DNA of 64,000 bases from Andalucia godoyi And28. Taxonomy: Eukaryota > Protista > Jakobida. The stretch spans positions 273,879-337,878 of the forward strand of contig VRVR01000006.1 in NCBI GenBank assembly GCA_009859145.1. Direction: 5' to 3'. Positions within the stretch are counted from its first letter, which is position 1; every line of letters starts with the position of its first letter. The position numbers and the translations under genes were made by a program. Under the pieces are notes generated by a model. The model was not told the DNA's origin and did not search any database. It was given only the letters and a program-made list of their open reading frames with translations. Positions 20,746-31,845 of this stretch are shown one piece after another.

Positions 20746-21686
20746 ATGAGACCAAAAACTGAGGATGACAGCACATTTTACATTGAAAAGTACAGCTCAC
20801 CGATTGCACCAAACGAACTCGCTGATGTCCAGCAGCACTTCCCGCTCTACCCATATCGAGAAACTGTGCAGCCAGAAGCACTTGTGCCAGTGAAACCGTC
20901 ATCTCCACATCCAGGCAATCGTCCTGCGGACCCGTTTGCTGCTGTGGTGTTTTGCACTTGCCGTTTTCTTTTTACTTCTGTTCCTGTCCTGATGTGTTTT
21001 CAGAGATTGCGTAAACAGAATTTGGATATCTACGACGTGTTTGCTGCAACCCTCAACAAATCGCCACAGCATCCTGCTCCTGATGCAACAGTCGACTTGA
21101 GCCTTCAATCGCCGGTGCTTTCGGAATCGCCCATCGACCTGATCATCGACACATCTCCTCGGGACTTGGGATCCCCGGAGCAATCGCAATTTGCACCGCC
21201 TGCGCCCACCGTCGTCTCTGTCATCACATTCGAAGAGGGAGCGCCAGTGTATTTCGATGTTCCAGGGGCAAGCAAACTGGCCTCCCGTGAGACAGCCTGG
21301 AGTTGTCGCAGAGCGGATGCGCAACCGAAGAACAGGGAAATCCGATGGATCCGTACAAGGTCCTCTTTGAAGGAAAGCTAGTTGAGCCTGCGATGAAGTC
21401 TTCTGCTCTCGTGGCACTTGCTCCCAAGGGAACAAACCAAGATACGCAACTCCGAGCCATGTTCCAAAAATACCAAAGCCAAGAGACAGTGGAAACGATA
21501 TCCGTCTCCGAAGCTGGGATGAAGCATTCAACGGGTGTCGAGCCAATATTGTCAAACGACGGACCGCGCTTCTGTAACTGTAGGAGAGCGAAAAAGAAAT
21601 GCTCCAACTCACACTGTCCATGCATCAAGAACAACCGTCGGTGCGCCGCGTGGTGCCACGAAGGCGACTCGTGCGCGAATGTGTGA
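20746..21686 (+). CDS. Protein with a C-terminal tesmin/TSO1-like CXC (CRC-type) Cys-rich domain; two frames must be joined
   Basis: C-terminal CNCRRAKKKCSNSHCPCIKNNRRCAAWCHEGDSCAN is CXC-like. The 5' part (20746-~21290) and the 3' part (21303-21686) are in different frames. There is also a probable in-frame 60-nt intron at 20944-21003. Confidence 0.55.
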
Positions 21687-21894
21687 CCGAAGGTGGCCAC
21701 CATGAGAATGATGAGTGCTGGACATATCCTCTTTGCTCAACGACTGCGCACACGCTGCATCTCGCCCTTCCCTCGACATTCCGACATGCTGGGACTTCTG
21801 CGACAGCGCAAGGAGCAAAAACCTACTTGTCATTGAGAACCTACACCGATAAAAAGGAGGGAGAGCAGGCACAAAGCTTCCAACATATTCAAAG

Positions 21895-22000
21895 CACGAG
21901 TTCGCATAGGCAGGAATCAGGCGAACACGAGTTCGCATGAAAATCGACTTCGGTCGTCCAGCCATGCGAACTCGAGTTCGCCTAAAATCGACTTGGGTCG
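21895..22000. repeat. Tandem palindromic/hairpin element (two units with ~45-bp period, plus a partial unit)
   Basis: GCGAACACGAGTTCGC at 21921-21936 and the perfect palindrome GCGAACTCGAGTTCGC at 21966-21981. Each is followed by AAAATCGACTT(C/G)GGTCG (hairpins 21945-21956 and 21989-22000). Confidence 0.8.
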
Positions 22001-22039
22001 TAACAATTCCTCCTATGTTGGCGAACGACTTCGATTGCA

Positions 22040-23698
22040 TTGCAGTATGCGCTCATCGCCGACAAGACTGATCTGCCGTCTTTTTTTGGATTCGTATCGG
22101 CAACATCGGACACAGCTAAGGTAGAGGTTGGACGGAGAATGAGTACGGTATTTTCCACGTCGCAGAATGTAGTTTCTCGATTCAAGGCGGTTCAAAATCG
22201 CCAAGAGTTTGTCGAGTTGATGAACGAATGCCTTGAGATTCCGTCGAATCTTCTTCCAAGTTTCGCATCGGAGATGCTTTCGTATCCGCGATTTTTCGAT
22301 CTTTTTCAATCTGCGATATGCGATTTCGAATCCGATTCCATTTCTAATTCTGAGTCGCATTCGCACTCACGACTTGCAAATACTGCGTCTCCGTCGACGA
22401 CTTCCTTATCCTCTCACCACAGCAACAACGCCAATGACAGTGATGGCAATGACAACAAGATGACGGGGTCCATTGTTTATTCGACGTATTCGGCAAGTGA
22501 AGTGTGCTGCATGGCGGTCGCAGAGTGGGTGTGTGCTTCAGACTCGCTTGGTGTTCAGAATCTCGCGCTTTCTCTCATGCCGATCATCATCCGAGAGTCG
22601 CTACTGTGCAGAAATGAGGCGAAAGCATGCCTGGATGCGTGTGTTTTGTCGCTTTTTAACAAGATTGTCGCAGAGAGCAATTCATTTTCCCAGGTTTTTG
22701 TCGAAAGTGCCACGGCCGATCCTACAAGAAATGCAGCGATTGCACAGTCTGGCGAGGTAACGACGACCATTGGTGCAAAACCGGATATCCAGCAGCAACT
22801 GCCTGGCTCCCTGGTGTCGATGTACTCCCTCAGTGCAAAAGCGATGGTCAGCGTGAATGCGACTGGTGGTCTTCCAGCGTCTGGCTCGATGGTGTACGCA
22901 TTGACAGCTGGAATCCCAGATATGTCTGTTCCTAGCGTGTTTCACTCGGAAGATGACAAGGTGGCTTCTCGATCGGGCTTGACTCGCGATCGATTGGAAG
23001 CCCACAATCTCGCTTCTCTTTCGAAAAAGAGCTCTGGTCCACCGTCTCTTGTGTCTGGACAAGCTGCAACTGGAGCTAGAGCGGGGGCTCTGGGAATCGC
23101 AACAGGCGGCCCTGGGGGTGGTGTCGGCGTCAATGCTGCAAGCGGGTTTTCGATTGTGCCAGCTGCTGAACTTCCGGAAACAACAAGGGCAATCGCATAT
23201 GGAAAGATCATGTTGCTTGTCATGGAGAGATATGCTCAATTCCCTGCACATGTGACTGCAGAATGGCTGCGAACGTGGTGCCGCGTTCTTTCCGTCGGGC
23301 GTAAGTTTGACTTTGACGTGCGCAACAGTAAGAGTGTACCATTCCTTATATGCCATCACTCGCTGGAAGCTATGGCAGAACTCCAAGTTGCGCTGAAGAG
23401 AAATTTCCAGCACAATGAAGCCACGGTGTCGGAAGCGGCCGTGGATGTGCAGCTTCAGGCAGACGCATCAGCGGTCCACATCGGGTCCGTGGCTCTTGTG
23501 CCGATCGCGCAGTTCGCTGCAAAGGGACTCTATTCCTCGAAAAAGACTGCCGAAACCGTGGACTTGTCTTTGCGCATTCTGCAGATTGTGCACTTGATTT
23601 CCTGGCAACAAGATCTCGTGCACATCCTTCGACTGACAACCGCTGCTCTCGAATCCTGGTGCGATGTTCAGCAATCCCTCCCTGGAACCCACAGATGA
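22040..23698 (+). CDS. Hyccin/FAM126-like protein (PI4KIII-alpha complex subunit)
   Basis: QNLALSLMPIIIRESL...CLDACVLSLFNKIV...IPDMSVPSVFH parallels the hyccin motifs (LQFLPxLIxxYL...EAxLLxxY...IPxLSxPSxYH). Confidence 0.55.
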   Translation: MQYALIADKTDLPSFFGFVSATSDTAKVEVGRRMSTVFSTSQNVVSRFKAVQNRQEFVELMNECLEIPSNLLPSFASEMLSYPRFFDLFQSAICDFESDSISNSESHSHSRLANTASPSTTSLSSHHSNNANDSDGNDNKMTGSIVYSTYSASEVCCMAVAEWVCASDSLGVQNLALSLMPIIIRESLLCRNEAKACLDACVLSLFNKIVAESNSFSQVFVESATADPTRNAAIAQSGEVTTTIGAKPDIQQQLPGSLVSMYSLSAKAMVSVNATGGLPASGSMVYALTAGIPDMSVPSVFHSEDDKVASRSGLTRDRLEAHNLASLSKKSSGPPSLVSGQAATGARAGALGIATGGPGGGVGVNAASGFSIVPAAELPETTRAIAYGKIMLLVMERYAQFPAHVTAEWLRTWCRVLSVGRKFDFDVRNSKSVPFLICHHSLEAMAELQVALKRNFQHNEATVSEAAVDVQLQADASAVHIGSVALVPIAQFAAKGLYSSKKTAETVDLSLRILQIVHLISWQQDLVHILRLTTAALESWCDVQQSLPGTHR

Positions 23699-23797
23699 TT
23701 AAGATACACCACATACCCACGAAAGCCGAAATCCCATTTTTTCATTGCTTGTTGTTTCTTCTTTCCTCCTCCCCTCACTTGGATCCAGACGCAACGA

Positions 23798-24292
23798 TTA
23801 CTGTTGCGACGATGATGATGAGCTGGACTGACGTTTCTGTGCAAGGACGCGAGCACGACTTCTCCGTCTCTTCACCAACAGTGCACCAACGAGAATAGAT
23901 GCGACCGGAAGCGAGTAAAGCAACAACGTATGTGCGCTAAAGGATGATTCATACAGAATCTTCGGACCAAAACGCTCGACGAGGTACGTCTTGATCTCCT
24001 CCTCTTTCTTTCCAAGCAGCAATTGCTCTCGAATAACGCCTCGCAAATGAATAGAAAATTCCGATTCGCTGCCTTCAATCGACTGATTTGCGCACACAAG
24101 ACACCGAACTTGCTTAAACAGCGACCTTGCCCGCGCTTCTCGATACAAGTCTTCCGGAGACGCAAACCGGTTCAGCGACGGATCGCGTTTTTGCGCCGCA
24201 GAGACACGGACGATCGATGGCGGTTCTTCAGAACTTACAGACGCCGCATGCAGACACGGAAACAAAGACCACTGCATATGCGCATCAACCAC
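23798..24292 (-). CDS. CCMH: Cytochrome c biogenesis protein CcmH/CycL (System I), mitochondrial
   Basis: LFKQVRCLVCANQSIEGSESEFSIHLRGVIREQLLLGKKEEEIKTYLVERFGPKILY is the RCxxC CcmH domain. It is followed by one TM helix and a basic tail. Confidence 0.93.
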   Translation of the reverse strand: MVDAHMQWSLFPCLHAASVSSEEPPSIVRVSAAQKRDPSLNRFASPEDLYREARARSLFKQVRCLVCANQSIEGSESEFSIHLRGVIREQLLLGKKEEEIKTYLVERFGPKILYESSFSAHTLLLYSLPVASILVGALLVKRRRSRARVLAQKRQSSSSSSSQQ

Positions 24293-25092
24293 CTTTTTCT
24301 GTTTTGTTAAGTCATAATCATAATCATAATCATAATCATAATATTAAAACAAGAAGGAGAGCGTGTCGTTTCTGCCAGCAATTTCCCCCTCCATTTTGAT
24401 GATGCGTTACAGTACAGTAAGCGTGCGTCTCTCCGTCGTGGTTGAGACTGTGTGACTTGAGGCATGCTTTTTCTTCTTCTTCAAATTGGTCAAATCTCTC
24501 TCGGATCTCAATCTTATCTTTTTAGAACGCCTTTTTGATCACTTCCCCAACGCTGTGTTTCTCATTCTTCCGTTCTTCGTTTTCTTCCGTTCTCTCTCAT
24601 TTCGTCATTCTGCGCGACATTTTCGATCGTGAAGAAAAAACAGGAAGGAAAAAGAAAAAAATAATAAAAAGAGAAGAAAAACAAAGAGCCAAGCACGTGT
24701 CCTGTGTTGTAAGTGGGATTGGAAATCGAGGAAACGACGAGACAGCTGGACTTTTTTCGGTGTGTGGTGCTGGTGGCCTAGGAGTTCGAAAATATCACTT
24801 CAAATATTCTGGTATTTTAGTAGGCATTCATCGCTATTGTCGTTATCATCATTGTTATTATTACTATTATCTTCTGTTTACTGCTGTACGTCTTTTCTCC
24901 TTTTGTTCTTTCCAGGTCTACTTTGCATGCTGTATTGGCCGTCAGGAAAACGACCCATTTCTCGTCGATCGTTGGTTCTACAAGATTTCGTAGTATTTCC
25001 AAAGGTTGTTTCGTAGAGAGAGATAGAGAGAGAGAGATACATAGATACGTTGTCGGAAGCTGGGGCGGTTGTTTGAGTTTGAGAGGTAACGA

Positions 25093-26949
25093 ATGAGCTC
25101 CGACTTGCAGATTGCGTCACCTTCTCCAGAACCGATTCCTTCGAATGGAAGCAGCGACAGCAACAATCGGTTTTCATCGGCATCGTCGATTGACGATGTT
25201 GCGGTTTTGCAAGTTGCGAACCCGGAAATGAAACATCAGTTTGTGCGTTTGTACAAGACGTTTCCGGGTCGAAACAGATTTCTGTGTGGCGGTCGGATGA
25301 TGGTGGGTCCCGATTGGAAGATTCTTTGCTATGCATATCTGCTCATGTCTGCGCCAATGATTGTGTTTTACGTGCTGGTTGCTCCGAAAGTCACAGAGTA
25401 CATATCCATGTCACTTCCCATCATAGTTGGATTCCTGCATCTGATCGTGCTGGTGTCGTTATTCGTTACGGCCACCGCTGATCCTGGAATCGTACCACGG
25501 GCGCCTCCTGAGCCTCCTGTCGATCCTGAGAATCCTCGACCGGCCAATCCGCCTTGGAAGGAAATCGAAGTGAGCGGCAGGAAGATAAGAGTCAAGTACT
25601 GCCAGACATGCCGCGTGTATCGACCACCCAGAGCCACGCATTGCGGAACGTGCAATAACTGTGTGTTGCGATTTGATCATCACTGTCCGTGGACCGGAAC
25701 ATGCATTGGCGAGCGGAACTATCGATACTTCCTGATATTTGTTTGGTCGATTACGTTCATGTGCTGCTTCGTGGTTTGCGTATGCATCGCATTGTTGGCG
25801 GTGATCACCGCAAACAACGAAAGCAAGTACTCGGGGGCAGACATGTTTTGGGAAGCGATTGCGGAAGTGCCGGCTGCGGTTGCGGTCATTGTGTTTGGGC
25901 TCTTTTCGATGTGTTGCCTCAGTGGTTTGACATGCTATCATTGTGGACTGACTTGCAAGAACATGACAACGAATGAAGATTTTAAGCACTATGGAATTGA
26001 AAAGGAAAGGTCGCCATACGACCACGGTTGCAAGAAGAATTGCCAGCTGGTGCTCTGCGGATCAGTCTCAAAAAGTTTCTTCAACTGGAGAGCACTCATT
26101 CCAGCGCCTCCTGACCATCAAAATCCAAAGGTTGCGCAAAAAGCGAAGCGGATGGAAGCATTGCGAGCGCAAGTCGCTCAAGGCCAAGCAGAAACGAACG
26201 CCACAGGCCTACAGCTATTTTCTCCTGCTCCCGTTGCCGCTGTCGCATCCGTGGAATTTTCCAAGCCTGATTCGTCTGTTTCAAATCCCAGCGTTTCAAA
26301 TCCCAGCGTTTCAAATCCGTCTATATCGAGCTTTCCAACACCAAGCCCTCCTTCCCTTGACATGTCATCCGTGGTCCAAAATTCGACAACGAATGCAAAG
26401 CCACCGCGAGCACGGTCGCAGTCTGTCTCTATGGCGGGGGCTGCAAGCACCACTTCCAGCAACAGTAACAGCAACCACCGTCACCACTCATCATCGTCGT
26501 CATCATCATCGTCATCGGAAATCACACCGAGAAACTCGGGAAGCTTTACTTCAGATTCTTATTCGCCGTCAGCAGCCTCGGTGTCTCAGGTTACTGCCGA
26601 AGTCGCATCGACACCCACGAATGGCGACACGGAATTGCGAACCCCCACGGGGGCTGCTGCAAGTTCCCACAGACCTCGTCGACTAAGCTGGACATCATCG
26701 ACTGCGAAGGATGATCTGGCGCGATCTCAGCCACTTCCGCTTTCGGCAGCTCCAAGTAATATTTATTCATCCGTCCCCGAGAATTCATTGGCGGCACGAA
26801 CGGCTTCGGCGGTATCATTTTCATTGACACCGCAGTCTTGCGAGCCAGGTGCCGAAGGAAATGTGCATCCATTTGCCATTTCCCAGGGTTCGGACTCGAA
26901 TCTTTCTGAAGAGGAACGGACTTCTTCTCACAAATATAGATCTCCATAA
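25093..26949 (+). CDS. DHHC palmitoyltransferase (ERF2/ZDHHC9-14-18 type)
   Basis: [69 protein letters not shown]. The S-rich tail contains three SVSNP-type repeats. Confidence 0.97.
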   Translation: MSSDLQIASPSPEPIPSNGSSDSNNRFSSASSIDDVAVLQVANPEMKHQFVRLYKTFPGRNRFLCGGRMMVGPDWKILCYAYLLMSAPMIVFYVLVAPKVTEYISMSLPIIVGFLHLIVLVSLFVTATADPGIVPRAPPEPPVDPENPRPANPPWKEIEVSGRKIRVKYCQTCRVYRPPRATHCGTCNNCVLRFDHHCPWTGTCIGERNYRYFLIFVWSITFMCCFVVCVCIALLAVITANNESKYSGADMFWEAIAEVPAAVAVIVFGLFSMCCLSGLTCYHCGLTCKNMTTNEDFKHYGIEKERSPYDHGCKKNCQLVLCGSVSKSFFNWRALIPAPPDHQNPKVAQKAKRMEALRAQVAQGQAETNATGLQLFSPAPVAAVASVEFSKPDSSVSNPSVSNPSVSNPSISSFPTPSPPSLDMSSVVQNSTTNAKPPRARSQSVSMAGAASTTSSNSNSNHRHHSSSSSSSSSSEITPRNSGSFTSDSYSPSAASVSQVTAEVASTPTNGDTELRTPTGAAASSHRPRRLSWTSSTAKDDLARSQPLPLSAAPSNIYSSVPENSLAARTASAVSFSLTPQSCEPGAEGNVHPFAISQGSDSNLSEEERTSSHKYRSP

Positions 26950-27075
26950 GATACTGGAGACGAAAACCCTTCCTGGACGTAAAACTCCTGTGTTACAAAA
27001 GAACAGCAATGGAACTCCAAAAAATCCAAGGCGCACATGCACCCGCACAAGCACAAACAGACACTGGGATGGCGT

Positions 27076-27351
27076 CTAGAAGCTCCCTCTCCGGAGAAGC
27101 TGAACTCTGAAGCTAGTGACCTCGGCAGACGGAAACGACGAGGTTCGTTTGGACTCTTGGACAGCAAGACGATCGAGAGGAATCAGGATGAGGAAAAAGT
27201 ACAGGACAAAGATCACAGTCAGCGAAAGCCCGAGTTGGAACTTTGCTTGCAGCGGAATCGTCTCAAACACGTGCGTTGCAAACTCTGGGATCTTAAAGCG
27301 ACCCAGAATATAGCCCAGAATAATGAAGAATATTGAAGATTTCAGCGCCAT
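27076..27351 (-). CDS. Possible small two-TM protein (91 aa)
   Basis: ATG-started ORF with two hydrophobic segments (SIFFIILGYILG; LGLSLTVIFVLYFFLILI). No family recognised. Confidence 0.25.
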   Translation of the reverse strand: MALKSSIFFIILGYILGRFKIPEFATHVFETIPLQAKFQLGLSLTVIFVLYFFLILIPLDRLAVQESKRTSSFPSAEVTSFRVQLLRRGSF

Positions 27352-27740
27352 TCCAAATCTTGAGAAGCAACCAACATATATATATATATTATAATAATAA
27401 TAATAAAAACACGACAGAAATGACTCTTATGTAATTTAAAAAAGAGATTGCAAAGGAAAGAAAGAAATCCTAGCAGCCTTGAGCCTTTGATTCTAGGTCT
27501 GTGTTTTGTCAAGCTCGGAAAAGGATGGGGATTGCCTGTCTGCGCAACCAAGGAACTATGGGTTTTGCTGTCCAAATCCAAACTCCGAAGTTTCGATGAT
27601 GTCAATCTTGGCTGAATGCTAAACAATAGCCAATTATTGTTTTGTTTTTTCTTCTTCTTTTTTCTCTTTCGACATTTTTTATAGTCTTGGGGGTTCCATA
27701 GGCGGGACCAGGTAGGAGAAAGAAGGGCAAAGGTCAGATC

Positions 27741-30314
27741 ATGTCGAGTCAAGATATTAGACCGGGTACTGCGCCTGGCAGATCGCTTCTTGGTGATTGG
27801 ATGAATGAAGAAATATGGAAGAATGCAATGGACCGAAGCGGACCACGGCGGTTTCATGGCCACAAGGACATTATTGCGCCTTTATCAGGGTCTCCGGACC
27901 GTCCACTGAGTGCAAAATCAAGAGAAACACCGGGAAATGAAACTCCTCCTCGTGCTTTGCAACACCTCGATCAACCACATCAGCATCAACTACCGCTACG
28001 ACACCCATACACTTCAAGCTCTCCGGCGGGAAGCCAGGAGCCGGGGTCACCACATGTCCGGTTCGCAGAATCCAGAAACCAGATGATTACCTATCCTTCT
28101 GGAGCGTCGGTGTCGGAAAGGACATCCGAGGCCGCGGATTCAGGCTGTTCTTCGGCATCTTCACGATCCAAGAAAGTGAGGGATTTGTATCAAACGGGGG
28201 GATCGTTGCTTGAATGGGACACTCCAGATGTGCATTCGCCACGAACGCATAACGTCCGAGATGCGAGGTCAAAGCCCGTTTTTGCAATGACTATGGAACA
28301 GAAGTTGATGGCACAAGCGCAGAGAATTTTAATGCAAAGATTGCAGTTCCGACAGCTGTTTGTCGCGATGGATGTGGACCATGACGGTGTCATCTCGTTT
28401 GATGATCTCGCTCAGTCTCTCCGGCTAAAGTTCGGAACAGAACTGACAAGTGAAGAGTTGCAGCATTTCTACGACTTGCTCGCGGACAGGAGAGCACACA
28501 GAGGGTTTGATGTGACGTTGCTGCAGGGCTTTGCAGACAAGGGACTTGCGTTCTTGCAAGAGTTCGATAGTTCTTCGACTGCAAACACCCAGTACGGTTC
28601 TCCCGCGGGCGTAGTGTTCTCACCAAGGAGCGTTTCTCCGACGACGCTGCATGCAGAGTCGGAGTTTAACGATTTGCTTGTGAATGCGATGATGATGAAG
28701 CACAAGGCTCCCTCAGATTTGTTCAAGGCGTTGCTGCAAGAGTCATCGGACACTCCCTCGTCACCGCTTGTTCCTCGCTCGTACGAGTCTTCGTCTTCGT
28801 CGTCTGTTCTTCCCTTGGCGGCTCTCGAGCGGTTGGTGCTGAAGGAGGTTCATGCCAATGAGAGGTTGCGCCAGCTGGCGAAAAGGAACCCGCGCTTCGT
28901 TGACGCCTTCATCGGAATGTTTGATCCTCAACAAGCTGGCTATGTGTCATTCACGGTATTTTCACAATGTCTTTCTACGCGCGATGACTGCTTTTTGTTT
29001 TTGAATGCTGCGAACGGGCCAGGAACACAGAATGATCATGATCAGCAGCATGCAGCCGGTAACTTCTACCAAGCCAGGCTACCTGAAGCACATCCGTTCA
29101 ATGTTCTTCGGAGGGTTCTACAGGACAAGTCGTTTCGATTGTCATTTGTTTTAGAACGCCATCCACGGTCTGTGAACAAGGAGATTCCTGTGGATGTGCT
29201 TCGCGATGTTTTGTCCAAAGAATGCCAGTTTTACCTCACCGACGCAGAATTTTCTCAATTGCTGTCTTGCCTTCCGATCTCGTCGCGTACTGGATGTGTG
29301 CGGTACCATGATATGCTGCGAAACTTGGAGTCACTGAGTCTGAAGGAGCGTGGCCACGTTGGAGTGATCGGAACCGCCTCAGAAGCAGGAGATAGCCGCA
29401 GCGATGCAAGTGCATGCGTCTCGTCCTCTGCGGGGTTTTACCTCAATTCATCCTGGGCTGAAAGGATGTTTTTCCAGCCGCTACGGGATCTTGGTGCAGC
29501 AGTCCCGCACTTGCTGTATCGGTGTGATTCTTCGGGGAGAGGACAGTTGGGTCTCCAAGAGTTTGTCCATTTTCTGGGTGTTGCTAAGCTGAATATCCGT
29601 CGCCATGAAATGCACGCGCTGTTTGAGAGCTTGCCACATAATGAAGCCGATCTGCTAGACACCAAACAGTTCCTAGCGTTTTTAGGCATTGATGACCCGC
29701 ATATTGCTGAAAATATTTCTGTTCATCTCCACCATGCTCCAAACTCACCTTCGCTGTCCCCTTCACGAACCACCAACATTGCTCGTCGGACATCTGAATT
29801 GTCTCCAAATGAGAAGAAGGAGTACCTTGCTCTGCAGCGAATTTTGCAAGCGATATCCGAGCGTCAAGGCGACATTGTTCGCCTTGCAACCAGGACTGTG
29901 GACCGCAACCGCACTGGCCGGGTGTCCGTCTCTCAGTATCGTGACGTTATTTTTGACTCGGGCGTCGTGATCTCTGACTCCGACTTCCAAAAGGTGGTTT
30001 CGGTCATTGGCTCGGCGGATAATCGCATTTCGTACCATGATGTTCCGCAGCTTTTGACGACTGCAGTCTCTCGACGAGAAGTCGAGCTCAATTCTTGGAG
30101 CCATTTACAAGAACACTCACATGTCATGACTGCAGTGGATAATCGCGTGCGCATCATGAACAAACATGTGTATGGAAAGGACTCTGGAGACATCATTGCA
30201 TACAGCGACTCGAAAGACCCCAGCAACAGTTCTCCTCGTTCTCAAGTGGAAACGTTCCGTGCATCTACTCGTTCCTTCTTTTCCCCAAGTTCTCCTGTCA
30301 AGAAACCGCTCTAA
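27741..30314 (+). CDS. Multi-EF-hand calcium-binding protein (857 aa)
   Basis: One canonical EF loop (FVAMDVDHDGVISFDDL) and several degenerate ones (FDPQQAGYVSF, CDSSGRGQLGLQEF, VDRNRTGRVSVSQY). Confidence 0.75.
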   Translation: MSSQDIRPGTAPGRSLLGDWMNEEIWKNAMDRSGPRRFHGHKDIIAPLSGSPDRPLSAKSRETPGNETPPRALQHLDQPHQHQLPLRHPYTSSSPAGSQEPGSPHVRFAESRNQMITYPSGASVSERTSEAADSGCSSASSRSKKVRDLYQTGGSLLEWDTPDVHSPRTHNVRDARSKPVFAMTMEQKLMAQAQRILMQRLQFRQLFVAMDVDHDGVISFDDLAQSLRLKFGTELTSEELQHFYDLLADRRAHRGFDVTLLQGFADKGLAFLQEFDSSSTANTQYGSPAGVVFSPRSVSPTTLHAESEFNDLLVNAMMMKHKAPSDLFKALLQESSDTPSSPLVPRSYESSSSSSVLPLAALERLVLKEVHANERLRQLAKRNPRFVDAFIGMFDPQQAGYVSFTVFSQCLSTRDDCFLFLNAANGPGTQNDHDQQHAAGNFYQARLPEAHPFNVLRRVLQDKSFRLSFVLERHPRSVNKEIPVDVLRDVLSKECQFYLTDAEFSQLLSCLPISSRTGCVRYHDMLRNLESLSLKERGHVGVIGTASEAGDSRSDASACVSSSAGFYLNSSWAERMFFQPLRDLGAAVPHLLYRCDSSGRGQLGLQEFVHFLGVAKLNIRRHEMHALFESLPHNEADLLDTKQFLAFLGIDDPHIAENISVHLHHAPNSPSLSPSRTTNIARRTSELSPNEKKEYLALQRILQAISERQGDIVRLATRTVDRNRTGRVSVSQYRDVIFDSGVVISDSDFQKVVSVIGSADNRISYHDVPQLLTTAVSRREVELNSWSHLQEHSHVMTAVDNRVRIMNKHVYGKDSGDIIAYSDSKDPSNSSPRSQVETFRASTRSFFSPSSPVKKPL

Positions 30315-31028
30315 GAATTTAGTGTCCCACATCATTTCGTTGTCGTTGTTATTGCTGTCGTCGTTGTCGTTATTGTTGTTCTTGGTTATATTCTTCTTAT
30401 GTAACCTGTATTTTTCATGTTTGCCTTGTTGAATGGCTGTTCTGTGTACCCTCTTCTTTACACCCCTTCCTGCCGGCTTTCCTTGCCTGTGCGCTTGTCT
30501 CGAAAACATGATCCGTCGCATCCCACCATCGCGAACGATGTGAGCTCTTCACTTCGTCCCGACACGAGACTCCGTAGGCGCCATTCGAACCTGTTGGACG
30601 GTCGTGACGCAACCGCATCGTTGTTGTCGTAATCCTGGTAGTATCATGAAGTATCGTGTACCTTACTTTCCCCATCTTGCAAATTAATGTTTTTTTATTA
30701 ATTAATTTGATTTTTTCTTTTTTTCTTTTTCGGAAAACGACGCAAAGGTTCCACTTTTTTTTTTTAAATAATAAAAAAAAGATCAAAATGTATACGAACA
30801 ATCACTGACAGAGCAAGACGGGGGGGAACAGCGTCTCTTTTTGCAAAGTTGACAGAAAAAATCGACGCAGAGTCCCCTCCCCCCATAAAAAAGCAGAAGA
30901 AAACTTGATTTCAAAACAACAAGAACAACAACAGCAACAACAGAAAAACATGAAATGAATGCTCATTCCTCCTTCTCTCCCCTCTGCAGTTCACACGCTC
31001 TTGCAGCAGCACTGAAGTCTCCGCTCAG

Positions 31029-31431
31029 TTACTTTTGAGCTTGACTCTCTCGAGCTTTGACGAATTCTGAGTGTTTGTAGCAGTTTCGGAAAGCCCGAAC
31101 TTCACTCTGGCAAGCCCTCCAATCTCTCTCGCTACGTTCCATACACTCCTGGACAGCTTGGTAGTAGCGGCCTATTCAAAATGCAAAACTCTCAAATTAG
31201 AAAACACTAATTTAAACATTCAAATACCATAAAACAAAAAAACAAAAAGAACAGAACAGAGCAGAGCAGAACAGAACAGAACAGAACAGAACAGAACAGA
31301 ACAGAAAAGAAAAGAAGGTGAATCCTATCCACCCTCAATAATCACAATGATGGTGATGACTGCATACCGCAACCTTGCAAATTCACAAGGCGGTCGAAAT
31401 CAATGATTTCATCGTGCTTGCTGCTGTCCAT
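31029..31431 (-). CDS. COA4: Twin CX9C protein, cytochrome c oxidase assembly factor 4-like (68 aa; intron 31172-31367)
   Basis: Absent from the ORF track. Exon 1 (31431-31368) + GTATGC...TAG intron + exon 2 (31171-31029) give MDSSKHDEIIDFDRLVNLQGCGRYYQAVQECMERSERDWRACQSEVRAFRNCYKHSEFVKARESQAQK. It has two exact CX9C motifs and the COA4-type AVQECM..DWR.CQ.EV..F..C signature. Confidence 0.85.
31250..31307 (+). repeat. (AGAAC)n pentanucleotide microsatellite inside the COA4 intron
   Basis: About 10 AGAAC/AGAGC units. Confidence 0.9.
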
Positions 31432-31584
31432 TTCCCCGGATTGTTTTTGTTGTGTGTCCGAACTACGCAAGTCTACGCGGATCAGAGTCGAAAAAACCGG
31501 ATAGAACAATAAAGGGAAAAAACAAAACAAAACAAAACAAAACAACCAAAAAGTCAACGTTTGCATTAATAAAACAATCAGGAC

Positions 31585-31628
31585 AAAATAGAGAAAATAG
31601 AGAAAATAGAGAAAATAGAGAAAATAGG
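31585..31628 (+). repeat. (AAAATAGAG)n 9-bp minisatellite, about 5 copies
   Basis: Direct tandem copies in the divergent COA4/EEF2KMT spacer. Confidence 0.9.
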
Positions 31629-31845
31629 AAAATGGAAACCTATGCAGCAATCGAACTATGGAACTCTTACAGTAACACTGACATTTCTGCAGAAAAAAAG
31701 CCTGCACTGACACGTTACTACAGTAGATGAAATCGTCGTTTGTATGAAAAAGGTTGTGAGTTTGGGACTTTGCGAATTGGGAATTGTTTTGGAAGTTGGA
31801 TTGTGTAGCTTTGGATGCGTGCCTGGGTTATTGTTGATGTAAAGA

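Noticed and set aside
21895-22000. CRISPR-like repeat interpretation
   Set aside because: There are only two units plus a partial one, with spacers of about 9 bp, no cas genes and a eukaryotic context.
26270-26320. 15-bp tandem repeat (TCAAATCCCAGCGTT)
   Set aside because: It is an in-frame coding repeat (SVSNP) in the disordered DHHC tail, not a separate element.
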